Shown: piece after piece, positions 56,480 through 64,000 of the stretch
How positions within the stretch are numbered: the first letter of the stretch is position 1
Layout: each line of letters opens with the position of its first letter
Assembly: GCF_009914755.1 (NCBI RefSeq)
Contig: NC_060933.1
DNA length: 64,000 nt
Source of the DNA: the human T2T-CHM13v2.0 reference genome, Homo sapiens
Reading direction: 5' to 3' (one strand)
The notes under the pieces: generated by a model
The model's database searches: none
What the model saw: only the letters and a program-made list of their open reading frames with translations
What the model was told of the DNA's origin: nothing
Position numbers and translations under genes: made by a program

Positions 56480-59189
56480 GTGTTCTATTGAAACATCTGT
56501 AATGAATCCAATGAAACAGTTAACACGGTGTGAATGTCTCCTCTGATTCTGTCCCATGTAAACAAATGTGCATGAGTGAGACAAGTTTATTTAAACTGTA
56601 TGCGTTTGTTTGATCCCACCCTCAAGAAGCAATTACTGGACTCTTAGATGAAGATGGAAGCAACGAATACATCCATTTACCTCTGTCTCCACCCTAAAGC
56701 TTAGTTAAAATTATAGTAAAATGATTATTTAAAAGGCATAAAAACAATGACAAAGAAATGCAAGAGAAGGCACAAGAAAATGTAGAAGATGAGTTTGCAT
56801 ATACAGGCAAAATTACTTCCAACCTTGAACTCTATATCCAGCCAAACTATCAATTTAGCTTGAGGTAGAAAGATACTTTTTGCATTTATAAAGACTTAAG
56901 TAATTTACCTCTTATGTGCCCTTTCTCAGAAAGTTACCAGTGAATGTGTATTCTGAAATAACAAACCAAAAATAGAAAGACATGATTTGCTAGTTATTCT
57001 TCAGTTCTAGTCTCTATCCTTCTCTGTGCTTCAGGAGACTAATATCTACGGACTACATTATCTGAGCTGCCTTGCTTGTGGATTTACCATTGGGTTTGGC
57101 CAATAGAGATGTGGGCAGGAGATCAGCAGGAAGAAACTAAGGTTGTAATATTTATTGCTCATGTTCATCCCTTCTGGACTTCAGTTTGGCAGAAGATGCA
57201 TCCTACCTACGACCATGACTCCTACTGGGTGACCCTTTTCCCGCAGATACATCTCTTATCAGGTTCAGATAACAGTTTTCTCCTTTGGCTAGTAGGGCTT
57301 TTTACTGCTGCTGTGTAGTGGACTTAGAGATAAACCAGTCCATATTCAAACAGGTCAAAATGCTTTGGGAGAGATTTCATCTAGAAGAGGAAAGCAATAG
57401 AATATTTACTGTCCTTGAAGTTATTGAGAAGAGAGAGACACAACTGGAGGGCAGACTTGAGGTTAAATTAGTGGTCAGAACATAAAAGCAAGCAAATGAA
57501 AAAACAAACAGTGAAGATATTAAAAGATATTAAATTCAGGAAGGACAAAAAGTTGTTCTGGAAAAGAAATTGTAGTATACTACATGGCTCAGCTATAGCA
57601 CTTTTGTAATCATAATAACATAAATATTGCTTGAATCAAAGTTTCTATATGACTTACTGAGAATAGGGGAGTTGAGAAGTGGTGTGATGGTGATGAGAGC
57701 TGGTGATTATGATGGTGGCAAACGGGATTTACATCCTTATGTTCCATAGTGGTAAGTCAATAAGTACTTCTTAAAATGAAAAGCCAAGAAATAGCTGAAT
57801 ATAAATAGAAATAATCTGTATGAAAATTATTTAAAGTAACACTAAAAGAATCAACTAAAACAGGTGAAAAATTGTTTCTACATTATAGTCATGTATATAT
57901 TTGATAAAAATAAAACCAGTTTTTATTTAAAAAGGAGAAAAGGGAACTAACTTACCAATTCTTTCTTTTTACTCCCACCTCAAATATTAGGACTCCCTAA
58001 GTTCCCAAGCTGCATTCCAGAAAAATAGAACACAAGACAAAAAGGTCTAGGAATAAGGAGGTCTAGAGGATGGGAAGGTTTGTGTGTGTAACATCCTCCT
58101 GGGATGACTAAAGACCCACCAGTGACAGAGGCAGCAGGTTGAACCCACACCCCAGGTGGAATAATCAAAGGACCCAAGCAGACCAGGCTGAATTGTCCTA
58201 GAAATCTAGAAATCTAGAGGAAGGAGCATAAGAATTGAACAGTAAGCTAAGTTTCTTTAACAAGGCCTTCTTTAGCTTCTTGGCAGCTAAAAACCAAAAC
58301 TGGGGCATGAACTGTTACATAATCCTCATGATCAGAGAGAATTATGGAACATTCCTCAGGGGAGAAGGAAGAGCTTTTCTAAGCAGTAAATTCTCAAAGA
58401 AATGTCTCACATGGGTGGCTTTTATAGCAGACATTCAATGGTCTAGATGACAGGGCCCTCAATGATTTTGCTACAGCAAGTATAAGGGTGGGTGGGTTTC
58501 CTGTGGTTTCCTTTGATGAAAGCCCAAGGCAGAGAGCTTTGCAGGGGTTAACGTTGAGAGCCAGTAGCCTGCATGGGGGGCATGATCAGAGAAGTGCCCA
58601 AGGATGTCTGGCTAGTATCAAAGATAGAGAATATGTTTTTAAAATCTGAGAAACATGAAGACTTGCGTGAACAGCAAAATGAAGCAGATATTGGGAACGT
58701 TTTAAAGCCACACAAAGCAGAAAAGTTGAGAGGAACATTCTATGAATATGAGAATAACCGGAATGTCTCAAGGCTGCCAGGAAAGCAATTGATCTAAGGT
58801 TCAGACAGAGAGAGCTCTGTTTCCCCAGGGACTGAGAAGGGACGGAGAGCCACAGGTACCTTAGAACTAGCTGCTGAAGGCAGCATGAGGCTGCTGTCTT
58901 GGGAATGGAGCGTGGCAGCTGGGGCGTTCTGGGTCTGGTGAATAAAAAGCAGGAGTGGCTTAATTGTGCCCTGTGTCCCTTCTTAGTGTATTGTTACATC
59001 CAGGGCATTCTAAACTTGGCAGAAAGTCCTTATGCCTTTGATTTGCTTGCACTTCAAAGGGGGACTTGAGAAAATACAGAGCATTCTGGAGTCACAAACC
59101 TTAAAACTGCTGTGGGAGCTAAGAGGAGGTTAAGTTTTATTCCAGTTTGGAGGCTAGGGAGACTTCCTGGAGAAAAGGGCTTTTTTTAA

Positions 59190-59515
<326 letters not shown>

Positions 59516-61216
59516 AAAAATGGCTTTTTAATTTAGGCTTGAGTGATCGAGAGGATGTTGACACTCGTGACAGCATAGTCAGCATAATTAGCCCACAAGG
59601 ACTCAGGGACAGGAACAATAAGAGTAGGGGTAGTGATTGGGCCTGGCCAGAATGTCAGGGGTTTGAAGGAAGTGGATAAAGATGAAGATTGAAATTAAGA
59701 CCAGAACATGCTTTGGAGGGTCTTGGATGCCAGGCCAGAAGAACAGCAGGGCATCCAGTGGCTGGTGCCAGCTCTTGTTGGCAATGGTAGGGTTATGGAT
59801 CCGAAAGTGGGGTGTGCTGGTGGTATATATGTGTTAGGAATGCTGCTTCTCTCTCCTGTACATTGCCTGAATATCATTTCTAATGTACAGACCAGCCAGA
59901 CTGGAATCTCCTTGACAACTGCTAACATTACTTGAACTCATACTGTGAGTGAGGCATTGTGCTGGGTGCCTTACATTTCTTATTCCCCAATCAATTAAAT
60001 AAGTACTATTTCATTATAATTTTATGCCAAGTGAAGCCTGATAAAAAGTGGATGTTTTGATCAAAGCTACACAGCTGGTAATGGTGGAACTTAGTTCAGT
60101 CCCAAGTCCCATGCTTCTGTTCATTACCCCTTGGTTCCTCCATGAATGAGTCCTTCTTTTATAGCCTTGCTGATCCCAGGGATCAGTGCAGAGCAGGTGC
60201 TCAAAAGATTCCTCTTGGCTTCCTGACTGCTGCCAACACATCTCTAGAGTAGGACACTAGGAAGATCAGCCTGGCTTAGGTAGAGGGGGCTACTTCCCTG
60301 GAGAGAGGCTGGGGCTATGCTGCTGGGGTAGCAGTGACCCAACCTGCTTGCTTTGCCCTTCCTAAGCTCAGGGAACCCTCCTACATGCCCTTGATGTCCT
60401 GCTCCTGGGGAGAGGGCCCAGAAGGGCAGATTGGTGGCTGCCTGCCTCCTGGTGCATCTGTGGAAAGCACCCCTATCCCTGCTCTTGGCTTTCAGACATC
60501 CAGAGCGTGGGCTAGGCCTTGCTAGTGCATTTCCTTCTCCCTCCTCCCCCTTGGCCCAGGGTCTCTAGCTTGCAGATTTGCTAGTGCACTTTAACCCTTG
60601 AGAAGAGCTACTCTTGGGCACTGTGATCTCTGCATCCCCCAAGTTAGTGCCTGCCAAAGTGTCTGACATGGCCAAAGGTGTCTATCAGTTGAGACAATAA
60701 CCATGAGATGTTCTGCTCTCAGTTCCTGGGTCAAGGTAGGGGCGAAAGGAAATGATGTGGACTCCTCGTGTTAATTCCTACTCAGTCACAGGAAGCCTGG
60801 CCACAGGACCACCCTTACCAGTAAGAGAATAGGCAATTAGGCAGGTTTCTGTCCACCTCCTATCATGGTGTCTAAAATACCTTTACTAGAAACCTGTACT
60901 TTTTGCCTTTGGAGTGTCCTATTAAAATGCAGATGCTCCTGGCAAGACTATATTATAAGTGCCTATTACCTTACTTTTCAGCTAAGAGTCAGGTAATCAG
61001 GAAAAACCTAGAGTAATGTCTTTAAGCAGATGAGATGGAGCACGGTTGGAGCTTCTAGGCAACTAACAACAGGATTGGAAGAAAGACATGTATTGGGGGA
61101 TTTTGAGGCACTAGGGAGAGCTCTACATAATCATGTCAGTAAGGACAGGCTCTAGAATTTAAATAAAACAAAATAAACTCATCCAAAAAAGTTATCAAGC
61201 CAGGAATAGGTAGGAA

Positions 61217-61645
61217 ATGCATGCATCCATCCATGCATCCATCCATCCATCCATGCATCCATCCATCTATCCATCCTTCCATCCATGCATCCATCTATCC
61301 ATCCTTCCATCCATGCATCCATGCATCTATCCCTGCATCTATCTATCCATGCATCCATCCATCCATCCATCCATCCATCCATCCATCCATCCATCCTTCC
61401 ATCTATCCATCCATCCATCCGTCCATCCATGCATCCATGCATCTATCCCTGCATCTATCTATCCATGCATCCATCCATCCATCCATCCATGCATCCGTCC
61501 ATCCATCCATCCATCCATCCATCCATCCATCTATCCATCCATCCATCCTTCCATCCATGCATCCATGCATCTATCCCTACATCTATCCATGCATCCATCC
61601 ATCCATCCATCCATCCATCCATCCATCCATCCATCCATTTATCCA
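61217..61645. repeat. (CATC/GGAT)n compound microsatellite, ~430 bp
   Basis: Read directly. It explains the PSIH/MDGW pseudo-ORFs in the track. Confidence 0.97.
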
Positions 61646-61654
61646 CCCTTCAAA

Positions 61655-62130
61655 CGTATAACAAGGGCCTACTTTGTGCCAGGTACTGGGCCAGGTACAG
61701 GAGGCATTACTTAGATAATTTAGACATAATCCCTTTCCTCAAGTAGCTTCTAGTCTGATGAAGTTAGGGGAGAAAATATGTGATATATGTGGAAATGACC
61801 TCCAAACAAGATAGTAAGTGTTAAGCTCATGAGATGGGGACAGATAAAGTGCTGTAGGAGTTTTGAGGTGGGCAAACCCAATAACACTGGGTGAATCTTC
61901 TGGAGGAGGTGGCATATGAGCCAGAACTTGAAGAGTGAGTAGAACAAAATTTGGAGCTAAGGAAGGGCATTGGACATAGAAAGGGCAGAAGGAAAGGAAA
62001 GGAGCAGGAGATTGCAGGATACACTGGGAATGGGACTAGGAAGTGGCCTGTGTGGCTTTGCAGAGCATAGGAAGGAGACATTGGAGATAAAGCTGGAAGG
62101 GCCTACCCTGGACTCTAAGAAGCCCTGAGG
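61655..62130 (-). mobile_element. L2 3' region relic abutting the microsatellite
   Basis: gggcctactttgtgccaggtactggg..ccctttcctcaagtagcttctagtct. Confidence 0.65.
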
Positions 62131-63049
62131 CCTTGGCTCAGGGTGAACTCTGTTCCCAGGAGGGGGTTGCCTTGCTGTGCTTGGGAAGCCTGGGAAGCCT
62201 GTGCAGTGATGGAGAGCAGGGCTTTGTGAAACACAGAGTGCAATGGAAAGTGGGGAGATAAGAGTGCTTTAGCGTTAGACAGATCTGAGTGGGATTCTCA
62301 GCTTGTTTTTTTTATTTTTTTGCCGGGAAATTTAGAGCATGCTATTTGGTTTTTTGTGCTTTCAGTTTTTCTATCTCTAAAAATGTTTCTTAAAAGAAAA
62401 CATTTAATATAATTAGATCTAGAACATTCTCAAACTCCAGGGCTAGAGAATATGGCCCCATGGCACTTTACAGATTTTTTTTAGCTCTTTTGAGTTGCAA
62501 AGTAGGAAGAAGCAATGTCTATTTCAACTCTCCTGTGCCCTACCCAGCACAGAGTGGGCACATCCCTCTGGCTGGTAGAGGCTGAGGTTGGAACAAGTGG
62601 CATGATTAGCAGGGGATCAAGTGATCCTTCCCATCTGTGCTCTGCGTCTTGAATGTAGATCAGGGTTCCAACCTTAGAGGGGGGATTAAGCTTGGGCAGG
62701 GGCAGCCCCATATTGACTAGCTCAGGATGACTTCTGCAAGAAGCACACAGTCAGGGTACCAGAGTCCAAGAGGCTGGCTTTTCATTCTCTGTATCAGTGA
62801 ACAACTAAAAACAACCAAAATGTCCAATAAGAGGAGACTGATTAAATAAATTATGGAAGATGCATGCTCTGAAATACTGTGAGACCATGTGGTATTGATC
62901 TAACTTTATTTGTGAAGTAATATTATAATAAGATAGCCAATTAAAAAGTAGACATTAAGGTAGTATATATAGTATATGCCCATTACACATATTTATATGT
63001 TCCCTTTTATTGTAATTAATAAGTGACCATTATTCTAGCAAAGACATAT

Positions 63050-64000
63050 TGCTCAACTTGTATACAAGACTCTACTCATTCCTCCTCCTCTTAGGGCATG
63101 GAACCATCATAATCACATCCCCCTTCTCTTCTGGATGGTTACCACCACCTTAAAAACTTGTCATAATATGACTCATTCAAAAAACTAAAATGAAATATGA
63201 AACTTCCCTTGACTCCCATCTCCTACCAGTTGCCATGTCACCTTTTCTTCCCTTCACAGCAAAACTTTTGGTAACAGTTATTTATTTTTGCCTCTATTTC
63301 CTTCCTGCGCATTTTCTCCTAAACTCACTTCGATTGTGTTTTTCTTCCTACTATTCCATCCAAACTACTCTTGTGAAGTCATCAATGCCAAACTTGGATC
63401 AACATTGCCCATTAGATGGTCAGTTTCCACCCTTCGTACTTGATCTTCCAGCAGCCTTTGTTGTAGCTAATCATTCTCTCCTGCTTATAACCCTTCCTTT
63501 GTTTGGTTTCCGGGACATCAAACCCTCCTGCTTTTCCTCTTGCTTCTTTGGCTGTCCTTTCTTAGATGGTTTTGCCGGATTCTCCTCATTTCCCTTACTT
63601 TTTAATGTAGCTTTGCTCCAGGACTCAGTCCTCAGACCTTTTCTCTTTTTTATACTCTCTGTAGGAGGTCTCATCTGGCCCATGGTTTTAAACACCTATA
63701 CAGTGCAAATTCCAAAACGCTGTCTCCAGTCTCAACACATCTCTGCTTGGCTGCTTAACAGGCATCTCACACTTAAGTTCCCCAAATGGAATTTTTGTTT
63801 TTCCCCAGGCGTGCCCCTTCTGTGCTCCAAGTCTCATAACGTCCTCCTGTCCACGCGGGTCACCCCGAGTTCCCTGTTTCTCTCACATTCTACAGTGATG
63901 CGTAGGCAATTTTGCTGATACTACCTGAGATCTGCTTTGTTAGCAACAGCCTAAAACATTTCCTCCTTCTTATCACTCCACAGCTCTCAGCTTAGTCTAA
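63050..64000 (+). mobile_element. L2 ORF2 (RT region) relic
   Basis: Translation LPFTAKLL..LDLPAAF..HSLLLITL..GFRD..QDSVLRPFLF resembles the L2/CR1 RT motifs LDLSAAFDTVDH and PQGSVLGPLLF. Confidence 0.8.

Noticed and set aside
61179-61746. His/Pro/Ser-rich and MDGW-repeat ORFs
   Set aside because: Translations of the (CATC)n microsatellite.

Overview
Primate, most likely human, genomic DNA containing the 3' end of KDM4C (JMJD2C/GASC1, H3K9me3/H3K36me3 demethylase) on the + strand. Bases 1-31695 are the distal part of one long intron. Three phase-0 coding exons follow (31696-31815, 36249-36341, 41019-41195), encoding the second Tudor repeat and the C-terminus, then a 3' UTR ending near 42114. 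Read-through of the penultimate exon gives an alternative 49-aa C-terminus. The last ~22 kb is intergenic. Repeats dominate: a near full-length, dead L1PA (probably L1PA6, - strand, 14-bp TSD), Alu/FLAM copies, solo LTRs (MER52-like, MER4-group, THE1 x2, MLT1/MLT2, HERV-W LTR17), MER30/MER30B/MER81, L2/MIR/L1M relics and a structured (CATC)n tract. Most ORF-track entries are chance or repeat-derived. I see no new multi-gene system. Best leads: (i) the L1 antisense promoter/ORF0 points at the last three KDM4C exons and has an in-frame ATG plus splice donor; (ii) four templated or fold-back insertion scars lie within ~12 kb; (iii) an MLT2/THE1/LTR17 promoter stack in which LTR17 has lost its polyA signal; (iv) a 242-codon open frame in an ancient L2 RT relic. 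Subfamily names, consensus comparisons and residue numbers come from memory and need RepeatMasker/BLAST confirmation.
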